The translations under genes and the position numbers were made by a program. A stretch of DNA of 64,000 bases from a virus (Duplodnaviria; Caudoviricetes), in IMG/VR virus record IMGVR_UViG_3300042562_001138, positions 897 to 64,896 of that record; one strand, written 5' to 3'. Positions 1 through 7,872 of this stretch are shown in pieces; within the stretch, counting starts at the first letter, position 1; each line of letters starts with the position of its first letter. The notes below the pieces were generated by a model. The model saw only the letters and a program-made list of their open reading frames with translations, was not told where the DNA came from and did not search any database.

Positions 1-159
1 ACAGGCGACGGATATATAACTCCCATTGAGGATTGGTTGGACGTTGAAATTACGCAAACGGAATACTTTAATGCCGATATGCAACGATTTAAACCGAAAC
101 GAGAAATACAGGATTATGTAGAAAGTGCTTTGGTTGAGAAAATAAAAGAAGGATTGTAG
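1..159 (+). CDS. 3' end of a hypothetical phage protein (partial)
   Basis: Frame 1 is open from base 1 (TGDGYITPIEDWLDVEITQ...) to TAG at 157-159. Confidence 0.6.
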   Translation, partial: TGDGYITPIEDWLDVEITQTEYFNADMQRFKPKREIQDYVESALVEKIKEGL

Positions 160-192
160 TAAAATCCAGATTAATCTAAAAATGTTTATATA

Positions 193-274
193 TAAAATCT
201 ATAAGATTGCACAATTAATATAGAAAAATACAATCAAAAAATATTTTGAAATTAAAAAACATATAGTAATTTTA
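193..274 (+). promoter_or_regulatory. Putative regulated promoter: TAAAATCTATA box / TCTATA-n15-TATAGA inverted repeat plus -7-like TAATTTTA
   Basis: The same TAAAATCTATA box occurs at 7784-7794 and 63416-63426; each lies 73-75 bp upstream of a -7-type element. Confidence 0.5.
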
Positions 275-290
275 CAAAAAATAATAGGAT

Positions 291-572
291 ATGCAGGAGT
301 TAGAAAAAATGCTAGATAATGTTTGCACAATTTTAAACGTGGACAAACAGGAAGTAAGGAGTAAAAACAGAAAGGAAGATTTAGTTAGAGCAAGAGCTAT
401 ATTTAGTTACATAGCAAGAGAAAGAAAAATAACGTTTTATGCCATAGCTGATGTTTTACATAGAGATCATTCAAGTGTAATACATTTAGTTAAGTTAGCG
501 AAAAACATGGATAATTACATTAAGTTAAAAAACGATTTTGAAAAAGTAGTATATGGAAGAAGTATTTGTTAA
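291..572 (+). CDS. Stand-alone DnaA domain IV-like (Bac_DnaA_C) helix-turn-helix DNA-binding protein
   Basis: SKNRKEDLVRARAIFSYIARE...IADVLHRDHSSVIH matches the DnaA C-terminal signature (S-x-x-R...AR...RDHSTV). No AAA+ domain. Confidence 0.8.
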   Translation: MQELEKMLDNVCTILNVDKQEVRSKNRKEDLVRARAIFSYIARERKITFYAIADVLHRDHSSVIHLVKLAKNMDNYIKLKNDFEKVVYGRSIC

Positions 573-741
573 AGTTAGAGATTTCCTAGACCAACAAGGA
601 ATAAACAAACGAGGATTTTTCTTGGAGATTGGAATGAAGCGAGAAGCATGGGATCAAGTTGTAAGAGGTAGGTTTAAATTTACGCCTAAAATGTATTCCC
701 GGATGTTACCACAATTATTAAAATACGGATATAAAGAATAA
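553..741 (+). CDS. Small HTH-like (XRE/Cro-like) protein
   Basis: 62 aa; GINKRGFFLEIGMKREAWDQVVRG has HTH spacing; overlaps the upstream gene. Confidence 0.5.
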   Translation: MEEVFVKVRDFLDQQGINKRGFFLEIGMKREAWDQVVRGRFKFTPKMYSRMLPQLLKYGYKE

Positions 742-742
742 A

Positions 743-1393
743 ATGGAAACATACATATACATAAGAGTATCAACTGATATACAAGATAATTCAGTAGAGA
801 TGCAAAAGGAACGTTGTGAAGCTTATTGCAAGTATAATAACTTTCCAGTAAAGGAAGTAATTATTGATGTTAATGTTTCGGCTAAGGTAAAGTTATTTGC
901 TAGGGAAGGTGGTAGAATACTAAAGAAGGTAAAAAACGCTAGAGTAGTAACACTTAAATTAGATAGGATGTTTAGGAATACTATGGATTGTTTAGGTTCT
1001 TTGGATGATTTTACCAATAGAAATTGTGCAATCTGCTTTGTGGATATGGGTGGGCAATCACTTGATACAGGTACCGCAATGGGTCGTTGGTTTGTTACCA
1101 TGATGAGTAGCTTTGCAGAATTAGAGCGTAACACTATTTCGGAGCGTACAATCGCTGTATTAAGAAGTAAAAAGGAAAGAGGGGAGAAATATAATGGAAC
1201 TGCTTTATTTGGCTTTAAATGGGGCGAAAATGGTATGGAGGAAAGTGAGGAAATAGAAATTGTAAAAGCTGTAATAGGTATGCTTAAATCGGGATTAAGT
1301 AAAACTGAAATAAAAAGGTTGCACAATTTTCCTAATTTTAAAAAAATATACCAAATAATTAAACGAGAGGAATACCAAGGTTATTGGAATTAA
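743..1393 (+). CDS. Serine recombinase (resolvase/invertase family)
   Basis: N-terminal YIRVST catalytic motif; VSA, KLDRMFR and FAELERNTISERT segments typical of resolvases; 216 aa. Confidence 0.92.
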   Translation: METYIYIRVSTDIQDNSVEMQKERCEAYCKYNNFPVKEVIIDVNVSAKVKLFAREGGRILKKVKNARVVTLKLDRMFRNTMDCLGSLDDFTNRNCAICFVDMGGQSLDTGTAMGRWFVTMMSSFAELERNTISERTIAVLRSKKERGEKYNGTALFGFKWGENGMEESEEIEIVKAVIGMLKSGLSKTEIKRLHNFPNFKKIYQIIKREEYQGYWN

Positions 1394-1727
1394 GGATACA
1401 CCATTAAAATTTAAAACAATGACTGTAAAAGAATTAAAAGAAGCAATTGCAAATCTTCCAGATGAAATGGAAGTGGTTTTGCAGAAAGATAGAGAAGGTA
1501 ATGGATATAGTCCGCTTTCAGATATTGACCCTGATGCTGTTTATATACCTAATAATACTTGGTCGGGTGACGTATATTCAATGGATTGGACAGCGGACGA
1601 TGCTTGTATGTCAGAAGAAGAATGGGAAGAAATAAAGTCAAAACCACGAACATTGATTTTAGCACCTGTCAATTAATGGCTACTACCATCATTCGGATAT
1701 ACGAGGTTATTGGAATTAAGGATACAC
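1378..1727 (+). repeat. 24-bp direct repeat AGGTTATTGGAATTAAGGATACAC (1378-1401, 1704-1727) flanking one ORF
   Basis: Identical 24-mers read directly from the sequence. Confidence 0.9.
1419..1676 (+). CDS. Hypothetical acidic protein (MTVKELKEAIANLPD... family)
   Basis: 85-aa ORF with A-rich leader, between the 24-bp repeats. Confidence 0.75.
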   Translation: MTVKELKEAIANLPDEMEVVLQKDREGNGYSPLSDIDPDAVYIPNNTWSGDVYSMDWTADDACMSEEEWEEIKSKPRTLILAPVN

Positions 1728-1744
1728 AATTAAAAAAGAAAAAT

Positions 1745-1984
1745 ATGATACCATTAGAAACAGCAAGAAAAATTTACAAAGAATATCTTGAAATCATTGG
1801 CAAAGATTTTTATCAAGATGGAACTTACTCCAAAAATGAAGGAGAAAGAGCGTTGGCTTGTGCTAAATATCAAGTGCAAGAAACGCTAAACTATTTTGAA
1901 TACTTAAAATGGGATTTTAAAACAAATGGAAATGTCCATTTTTGGCAAGATGTTATGTCGGAGCTTAACGGTTTCACAGCATAA
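1745..1984 (+). CDS. Hypothetical protein, first cassette-like gene
   Basis: In-frame ATG at 1745 (MIPLETARK) after an A-rich leader within track ORF 1586..1984; stop immediately precedes attC-like site 1. Confidence 0.65.
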   Translation: MIPLETARKIYKEYLEIIGKDFYQDGTYSKNEGERALACAKYQVQETLNYFEYLKWDFKTNGNVHFWQDVMSELNGFTA

Positions 1985-1985
1985 C

Positions 1986-2081
1986 ATATAACGTTTTGCG
2001 TGTTTATGTCAGGCGGGCATAGCACGAACTTAAATATTAACAGCAAGCTGTCCGCCCGCTTGCATAAACACGCTGTTAGTA
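1986..2081 (+). mobile_element. attC-like recombination site 1
   Basis: Starts ATATAAC, ends GTTAGTA. GCGTGTTTATG (1998-2008) pairs perfectly with CATAAACACGC (2063-2073); CAGGCGGGC pairs with GCCCGCTTG; unpaired T at 2009. Confidence 0.7.
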
Positions 2082-2093
2082 GCAGTTAAAATT

Positions 2094-2294
2094 ATGATAC
2101 CAACAGAATTAAAAATTATTATTACAAGCATTGTTTTATGGCTTGTAGCACATTGTGCAGCATTCCCAAGTACCACATTTGCGGCTTGGGGCGAAAAGAA
2201 ATTTGGCTCTTATGTAAATTTCATAGGAGCATTAATATTCATTTTTGCCATTCCAATTGTCATAACTGGCTTGTATTGGTTGTGGTCGCTTTAA
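2094..2294 (+). CDS. Small two-TM membrane protein (cassette gene)
   Basis: 66 aa with two hydrophobic segments; bounded by attC-like sites. Confidence 0.7.
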   Translation: MIPTELKIIITSIVLWLVAHCAAFPSTTFAAWGEKKFGSYVNFIGALIFIFAIPIVITGLYWLWSL

Positions 2295-2298
2295 TTGC

Positions 2299-2427
2299 TG
2301 CTAACGGTTACGGCTTTGTGCAGGTGGGGCATCAAGGCACAAATGTTCAACCCACCACTAAACTTTAATTGAAATACAAAAGATGAATATAGCAGAAACC
2401 CCCACTTGCACAAAACCGATGTTAGGC
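2299..2427 (+). mobile_element. attC-like recombination site 2
   Basis: Starts TGCTAAC, ends GTTAGGC (GTTRRRY). Arms CGGCTTTGTGCAGGTGGGG (2311-2329) and CCCCACTTGCACAAAACCG (2400-2418) are 17/19 complementary. Confidence 0.75.
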
Positions 2428-3333
2428 GTAGTGCTTTCGTTATTCGATGGTATGAGTTGCGGACAAATTGCACTCAACAAAACAGGCATTTCCTATGGCA
2501 AATATTATGCTTCGGAGATTGATAAACACGCCATCAAAGTAACACAACACAACTACCCTAATACAATACAACTTGGGAGTGTTACGGAAATTAAAGGCAC
2601 GGACTTACCACAAATAGATTTATTGATAGGTGGAAGCCCCTGCCAAGGATTTAGTTTTAGCGGAAAGCAATTAAACTTTGACGACCCAAGAAGTAAATTG
2701 TTTTTTGAATTTGTAAGGCTAATTAAAGAATGTAAACCGAAATATTGGCTTTTGGAAAATGTGGTTATGAAAAAGGAATTTGAACAAGTAATAACCGAAC
2801 ATTTAGGAGTTGAGCCTGTGAAGATAAACAGTGCTTTGGTTTCCGCCCAAAATAGAGAACGATTATACTGGGCAAACTTTACGATTGAACAACCAAACGA
2901 TAAAGGCATAAAGCTAATTGATATTTTAGAAGATACTGAAATGATTGAGCCAAGTGCAATAAGAGGGCGAAGATTGAACAAGGCTACTATTTTGGGCAGA
3001 AGATTGAACGACAAAGGCAAACGAGAGGATTACAATAAAGAAATACCAATTACTCAATGCCTTGAAGTGAGAGCCACAAACAGAGATAAGAGCAACTGTT
3101 TAACCACAGTAGCAAAAGACAATGTTTTAACAACAATGCCAATAGGACGACACCCTGACGCATTCAAAAACAATTTGCCTTTCCGCTATTACACAATAAA
3201 GGAATATTGCAGATTACAAACCGTGCCTGAAACTTACTTTGATGGCCTGGCAAGTGAAAACCAAATTAGAAAAATGATAGGAAATGGCTGGAATGTTGAT
3301 ACAATCGCTCATATTTTCGGAGGGCTGTCTTAG
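2383..3333 (+). CDS. C5-cytosine DNA methyltransferase (cassette-borne)
   Basis: Motif I SLFDGMSCG, catalytic GGSPCQGFS, LLENV, QNRERLY, C-terminal GNGW. Confidence 0.95.
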   Translation: MNIAETPTCTKPMLGVVLSLFDGMSCGQIALNKTGISYGKYYASEIDKHAIKVTQHNYPNTIQLGSVTEIKGTDLPQIDLLIGGSPCQGFSFSGKQLNFDDPRSKLFFEFVRLIKECKPKYWLLENVVMKKEFEQVITEHLGVEPVKINSALVSAQNRERLYWANFTIEQPNDKGIKLIDILEDTEMIEPSAIRGRRLNKATILGRRLNDKGKREDYNKEIPITQCLEVRATNRDKSNCLTTVAKDNVLTTMPIGRHPDAFKNNLPFRYYTIKEYCRLQTVPETYFDGLASENQIRKMIGNGWNVDTIAHIFGGLS

Positions 3334-3346
3334 CATTACGCCTAAC
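3332..3346 (+). mobile_element. Residual attC R'' end of the methyltransferase cassette
   Basis: AGCATTACGCCTAAC is a 14/15 reverse complement of the cassette start GTTAGGCGTAGTGCT (2421-2435). No full hairpin follows. Confidence 0.65.
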
Positions 3347-3396
3347 ATCTTTATTAACGCAATTCAAATTTTTGCACTTAACATAACTAATTAAAA

Positions 3397-3624
3397 ATGA
3401 GTGAAATTGAAGAGAAAGTAATAAGTAGGTTGCACAATTTGGTACAGGAAAACAAATTAACAAACAAATGTTTAGTGCAAATTATTGAACTAGCAGGAAA
3501 TTACCTAAATTTACAGACCATTTCGGATTATGCAAAAAGTAATAAGCTTAGTTACAATGGAGTTAAGAATTATAGAGAAGTAGTAGAGTTATTTAATAAG
3601 AAATTTGTAATTGATAATGAATAA
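3397..3624 (+). CDS. Hypothetical protein, possible HTH
   Basis: 75 aa; TISDYAKSNKLSYNGV resembles an HTH. Confidence 0.6.
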   Translation: MSEIEEKVISRLHNLVQENKLTNKCLVQIIELAGNYLNLQTISDYAKSNKLSYNGVKNYREVVELFNKKFVIDNE

Positions 3625-3973
3625 GGAAAAAATTAACCTAGAAAAGTTAGATAATCAAGAATTATCAAAGTTAAAAACAATATCAAGATACGCCCAGAGG
3701 TACGAATTGTTAGCTAAAATAAGAACAGAAGAAGTAAGAAGAGGTATAACAATAACTTATGCCAAAAGGTATTCTGTATCTATTAATAATGAAATAAATA
3801 ATAGGGTTATATTTGAAACAGATAACTATACTGAAATAATATCTTATTATAAAAAAGCTAACTTGATATTATCTAAATGGAGAGATTATTATCAAGGTAG
3901 GTTTTTTACAAATAAACATAGGAATATTCAATTAAATGAAATTAAAATACAAATTAACAAATTGATAGTGTAA
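3611..3973 (+). CDS. Hypothetical basic protein
   Basis: 120-aa ORF in operon context. Confidence 0.6.
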   Translation: MIMNKEKINLEKLDNQELSKLKTISRYAQRYELLAKIRTEEVRRGITITYAKRYSVSINNEINNRVIFETDNYTEIISYYKKANLILSKWRDYYQGRFFTNKHRNIQLNEIKIQINKLIV

Positions 3974-6046
3974 GTGATGATTGAATACGTAAAAAAAATG
4001 CAATCTTTAGGCTTTAGTGTTTTCCCACTAAATACTAAAAAGGAGCCTAACTTTAAGAAGGGAGGAGAGATTAATAGTTATTCATGGATGGACTTTAATG
4101 TTAAAACAAATAAATTCCCTATTACCGAAAACACAGAAAGTAATTTTATTTTCTTAGGTATTGGCTGTGGAGATATGAGTAATAACTTAGAGGTGATTGA
4201 TGTTGATAGTAAGTATGAGTTAAATCAGGATTTATACGGTGAATTTAAAACTTTGTTGGAGGATAATTTAGAGTGTTTTTCCAAATTGTGCATCGTACAA
4301 ACTGTTTCCAAAGGTTATCACTTAATGTATTACTGTGAAACTATACAGGGTAATCAAAAGTTAGCGCAAAGGCATTTATCTAGGGATGAAAAAAATGAGT
4401 TATACGTTAAACTTACTACCGAAGATAAGATTGAGAAGGAAAAAGCTAAATCTTCCTGCCAAACAAAAAAACTTACCTTAATTGAAACTAGAGGACAAGG
4501 AGGTTATGTAGCTACTTACCCAAGTGAAGGTTACACAATTATCCAAGGCTCAATGGAAACAATACCCACAATTACACCCGAAGAAAGGGATATAATTATG
4601 TGTTGTGCCAAAGCAATGGATTTAATTGAGGAAGAAAAGGTAGAAGAAAAGAAAGTAGCTTTGCCTGTATGGGAAGAAGGTAAAAAACCATGGGATGCTT
4701 ACAATGAGCAAATGTCCTCGGATGATATAGCTAATTTATTTATTTCTAATGGATACACAATTACTAGAAGAATAAAAGATAAAATATTTATCAAACGTCC
4801 GGGAGGAACATCGCAATCAGGCAACATACGTTTAAGTGATAAGTTATTTGTGGGACACTCTAGTAATATACCTTTTGAACCACGTAAAGGATATAGTGCT
4901 TCTGCTGTGTTTACAATATTGGAATGTAATGGAGATTTTTCACTTGCAGGAAGAAAGTTACTTGAAATGGGATATGGCGATAAACCAAAAAAGAAATTGT
5001 CAAACGACTTTGAAATTTTATCAGAAAAGTTTGAGCCGAATAACTATGTAGCTAAAGTAAATTCTAACAGAGATACCATTGAAAAATTCCTACGTGGTGA
5101 ATTTGGTATGGGCTTGCCTACTGGATACCCTACGCTTGATGATTATTACAGATTTAAGTTAGGGAAGTTTGATGTATTTCTAGGGCACGAAAATATCGGT
5201 AAATCAACTGTTTTATGGAACTTAATGGTTGTGGCGAATTTACTGCACAATTGGAGAGGTATAATTTATTCAACAGAAAACGATCCATGGGTAATACAAA
5301 AACAAATGATGGAATTTTTAGTAGGTAAACGTATGGGTTTATTTACAGAAAACGAAAAGGAAATTGCTTATAAATGGTTTGATGAAAACTTTGTGATTAT
5401 AGATAACGAAAAGTTATTAGCGTATAATCAAATATTACAAGTTGCAGAATCATTTTTACTTAAAAAGGAATACCATGTATTAATGATTGACCCATACAAT
5501 ACTTTATCGTACAATTGGGAAGGATTGGATAGGCGCATAGGTACACACGAATACCATCACCATGTGGCTACACAATTTAAACAATGGACAAAGAACATGA
5601 ATTGCAGTATATGGTTAACTATGCACCCTATTTCGGAAGCAATGAGAATTGTGGAAGCATCAGGAGATTTTAAAGGATTAAGAAAAGCTCCTATTTCCTC
5701 TCATGCAGAAGGTGGTGGTAAATGGGCAGCAAAAGCAGATAACTTTGTAGTGTTGCATAGATATACTAAACACGCTACTATGAATCACGTTACGTTCTTT
5801 GATGTTCAGAAGGTAAAGGAAACATTTACAGGAGGTAAACCAATGTCAGATGGCAACGCTTTTAAAATGTCTTTAACAAATTACGGAGGTTTTGTTGGGT
5901 TTTTTGATGAAAATAATTCGTGTCCATTGCAAGGAATTTTCAGAAAAAGATTTATCTTTGGGGAACAAATGGAAATTCAACAAGAAATAGAACAACCACG
6001 AAGCCGATTATCTAAATGGTCGGATGATATAAAAGCACCATTCTAA
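3974..6046 (+). CDS. Bifunctional primase/polymerase (Prim-Pol) fused to DnaB-like SF4 helicase
   Basis: N-terminal GFSVFPL, LEVIDVD, TVSKGYHLMY, ETRGQGGYV (Prim-Pol); C-terminal Walker A GHENIGKS and Walker B LMIDPYN. Confidence 0.88.
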   Translation: MMIEYVKKMQSLGFSVFPLNTKKEPNFKKGGEINSYSWMDFNVKTNKFPITENTESNFIFLGIGCGDMSNNLEVIDVDSKYELNQDLYGEFKTLLEDNLECFSKLCIVQTVSKGYHLMYYCETIQGNQKLAQRHLSRDEKNELYVKLTTEDKIEKEKAKSSCQTKKLTLIETRGQGGYVATYPSEGYTIIQGSMETIPTITPEERDIIMCCAKAMDLIEEEKVEEKKVALPVWEEGKKPWDAYNEQMSSDDIANLFISNGYTITRRIKDKIFIKRPGGTSQSGNIRLSDKLFVGHSSNIPFEPRKGYSASAVFTILECNGDFSLAGRKLLEMGYGDKPKKKLSNDFEILSEKFEPNNYVAKVNSNRDTIEKFLRGEFGMGLPTGYPTLDDYYRFKLGKFDVFLGHENIGKSTVLWNLMVVANLLHNWRGIIYSTENDPWVIQKQMMEFLVGKRMGLFTENEKEIAYKWFDENFVIIDNEKLLAYNQILQVAESFLLKKEYHVLMIDPYNTLSYNWEGLDRRIGTHEYHHHVATQFKQWTKNMNCSIWLTMHPISEAMRIVEASGDFKGLRKAPISSHAEGGGKWAAKADNFVVLHRYTKHATMNHVTFFDVQKVKETFTGGKPMSDGNAFKMSLTNYGGFVGFFDENNSCPLQGIFRKRFIFGEQMEIQQEIEQPRSRLSKWSDDIKAPF

Positions 6047-6088
6047 TACGTACACAATTAATCTAAATATAATCTAAATTTAAACATC

Positions 6089-6757
6089 ATGGCTAGAGGA
6101 AATCAGCAAACAGACAATTACACTAACTTTTATGTAAAGTTGGTAGGCTTAAAAAAAGGAAGCAAGGAGTGTTTCTTTGAGTTTAAGAAAAAAGAAGGCG
6201 ATAAATACGTTATTGCTGAAAACAATTCATCATTCGATGGTAATGTAGAGAAAATCTCTTACAAAGAAATTGAAGTAGAAGGTAAGAAAAAACCTATCTT
6301 AGAAGTTATTTTACGTGATGACTATTCGCAAGAAAGGTATTACTTAAACTTAGGTATGACAAACATTGCTAGACAATTAATATCATGCTTAACTACTGCC
6401 GATAAGATTGAATCTTTATCGTTCTGGACAAAGATGGGTGATAATGGTTTTCCTGTATTTGTAACTAAAGCAAATGGGAACCAGGATAAGTTACAATGGG
6501 GATTAGATATGAAAGCATTAAGTGAGAAGTATGTAACTGAACACAAAATCGCAGGAGATATTATTCGTGATTATTCTGAATTGGATAAATACTTATTAGG
6601 AACTGTATTACCTACTGTTATTGAAAAAGTAGTTGGTTTACCTAAAGCAAGTATTATGACTGCTAAGGATCCGATTGAACAAGTAACTAAAGAAGATATT
6701 TATAAAGCTTCGGAAGAATCTACTTCGGAGGGAGAAGATGACGATTTACCATTTTAA
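6089..6757 (+). CDS. Putative single-stranded DNA-binding protein
   Basis: Acidic tail EGEDDDLPF typical of SSBs; follows primase-helicase; followed by a terminator. Confidence 0.65.
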   Translation: MARGNQQTDNYTNFYVKLVGLKKGSKECFFEFKKKEGDKYVIAENNSSFDGNVEKISYKEIEVEGKKKPILEVILRDDYSQERYYLNLGMTNIARQLISCLTTADKIESLSFWTKMGDNGFPVFVTKANGNQDKLQWGLDMKALSEKYVTEHKIAGDIIRDYSELDKYLLGTVLPTVIEKVVGLPKASIMTAKDPIEQVTKEDIYKASEESTSEGEDDDLPF

Positions 6758-6762
6758 TAATT

Positions 6763-6784
6763 GAGGGGTAACACCCTCTTTTTT
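6763..6784 (+). terminator. Rho-independent terminator
   Basis: GAGGG-gtaaca-CCCTC followed by a T run. Confidence 0.75.
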
Positions 6785-6797
6785 ATATCTAAAGAAA

Positions 6798-7199
6798 ATG
6801 ACAAAAGAAAAGGCACTAGAGATTTATATGGGTAGCTTCAAGGATGCTAAACAATCTCATTTTGAATTTATTTGGGGAGTTGTACACTCAACAAATAAAG
6901 AACAAGATTACAGAATATTTGTAGATGATTTTAATTCGATATTAGACAGGAATTTTAAGTATGCAGATGTTAAGGCTCAAAGACAATTTAAGTTAATTAG
7001 AAAGGCAGGATATACGCCCGAAGATGATTTAAAAGTGTTTAAATCTTTGAGAGATGATTTATTCCATATTGAATCGGATTATAAATACTGTACACCTGAA
7101 TATATTTCTAGGATGAATATCTACGAAAAATATCGTAACCAGTACAAAGAAGAATTAAAGCTTAATTTTACAAAAACAATTGGAAACCCTTACAAATAA
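6798..7199 (+). CDS. Hypothetical replication-associated protein (conserved phage C-terminal-like domain)
   Basis: DDFNSIL...YCTPEYISRMNIYEKY resembles C-terminal domains of phage replication proteins; weak match. Confidence 0.5.
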   Translation: MTKEKALEIYMGSFKDAKQSHFEFIWGVVHSTNKEQDYRIFVDDFNSILDRNFKYADVKAQRQFKLIRKAGYTPEDDLKVFKSLRDDLFHIESDYKYCTPEYISRMNIYEKYRNQYKEELKLNFTKTIGNPYK

Positions 7200-7204
7200 T
7201 TATT

Positions 7205-7786
7205 ATGAAGAAAACAGTAAAAGTTGATTTCTCTGGTGGAGAATTTATGGTTAAATTTAAAAAGATTGATGAACTACAAGAAAAGGTAGATTTATTAAGA
7301 AACAGTTTGTGTAGAGAAGCAAACTCAATCAAAGGAGTATTAAACGAGTATCACAATGCAGATGTTGAAGTAAACGGTAGAGAGATTACTTACAGCGAAG
7401 TATTATCGGAAGGTGCCAAACGTTTAATTAATAACAATAGCCAAGTTACAATAAACCTAGAGTTAATGGAGGTTGAGGTAACACGACCTAAAGTTGATTA
7501 CTTTGAGAAAATTGTGCAATGGGGTACAGATAAAGGTATCTTAGATAAAGGTACGGTTGTTACACAATTTGCAAAGTTAATCGAAGAAGTAACCGAACTA
7601 GGAGAAGGTATAGAGAGAGAATCGGAAGCAGAGATTAAAGATGCTATCGGGGATTGTGTTGTTGTATTAACGCTCTTAGCCAAATTGTGCAACATGGACA
7701 TTGAAAATTGTATCAAAAGTGCTTATAATGAAATAAAAGAGCGCACAGGTAGAATGGAGAATGGTACATTTGTAAAAGATAGATAA
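7205..7786 (+). CDS. MazG-like nucleotide pyrophosphohydrolase with N-terminal extension
   Basis: QFAKLIEEVTEL...IKDAIGDCVVVL...AYNEIKERTG (EExxE / GD motif). Confidence 0.85.
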   Translation: MKKTVKVDFSGGEFMVKFKKIDELQEKVDLLRNSLCREANSIKGVLNEYHNADVEVNGREITYSEVLSEGAKRLINNNSQVTINLELMEVEVTRPKVDYFEKIVQWGTDKGILDKGTVVTQFAKLIEEVTELGEGIERESEAEIKDAIGDCVVVLTLLAKLCNMDIENCIKSAYNEIKERTGRMENGTFVKDR

Positions 7787-7820
7787 AATCTATAAGCAAG
7801 AATTTTAATATAAATAAATA

Positions 7821-7850
7821 AAATAGGTTTTCTTACGGAAGCCTATTTTT
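7821..7850 (+). terminator. Rho-independent terminator
   Basis: AATAGGTTTT-cttacg-GAAGCCTATT followed by Ts. Confidence 0.6.
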
Positions 7851-7872
7851 GTTTTATAAATTTGATAAAAAT

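Noticed and set aside
291-572. Chromosomal dnaA / bacterial oriC region
   Set aside because: Only domain IV is present, there is no dnaN-recF-gyrB context, and the surrounding genes are phage genes.
743-1393. Integron integrase or IS607 transposase
   Set aside because: It is a serine recombinase (RVST), not a tyrosine IntI; it lacks the N-terminal MerR-type HTH and there is no tnpB.
1586-1744. N-terminal extension of track ORF 1586..1984
   Set aside because: It overlaps the 85-aa gene and crosses the 24-bp repeat; the ATG at 1745 has the typical A-rich leader.
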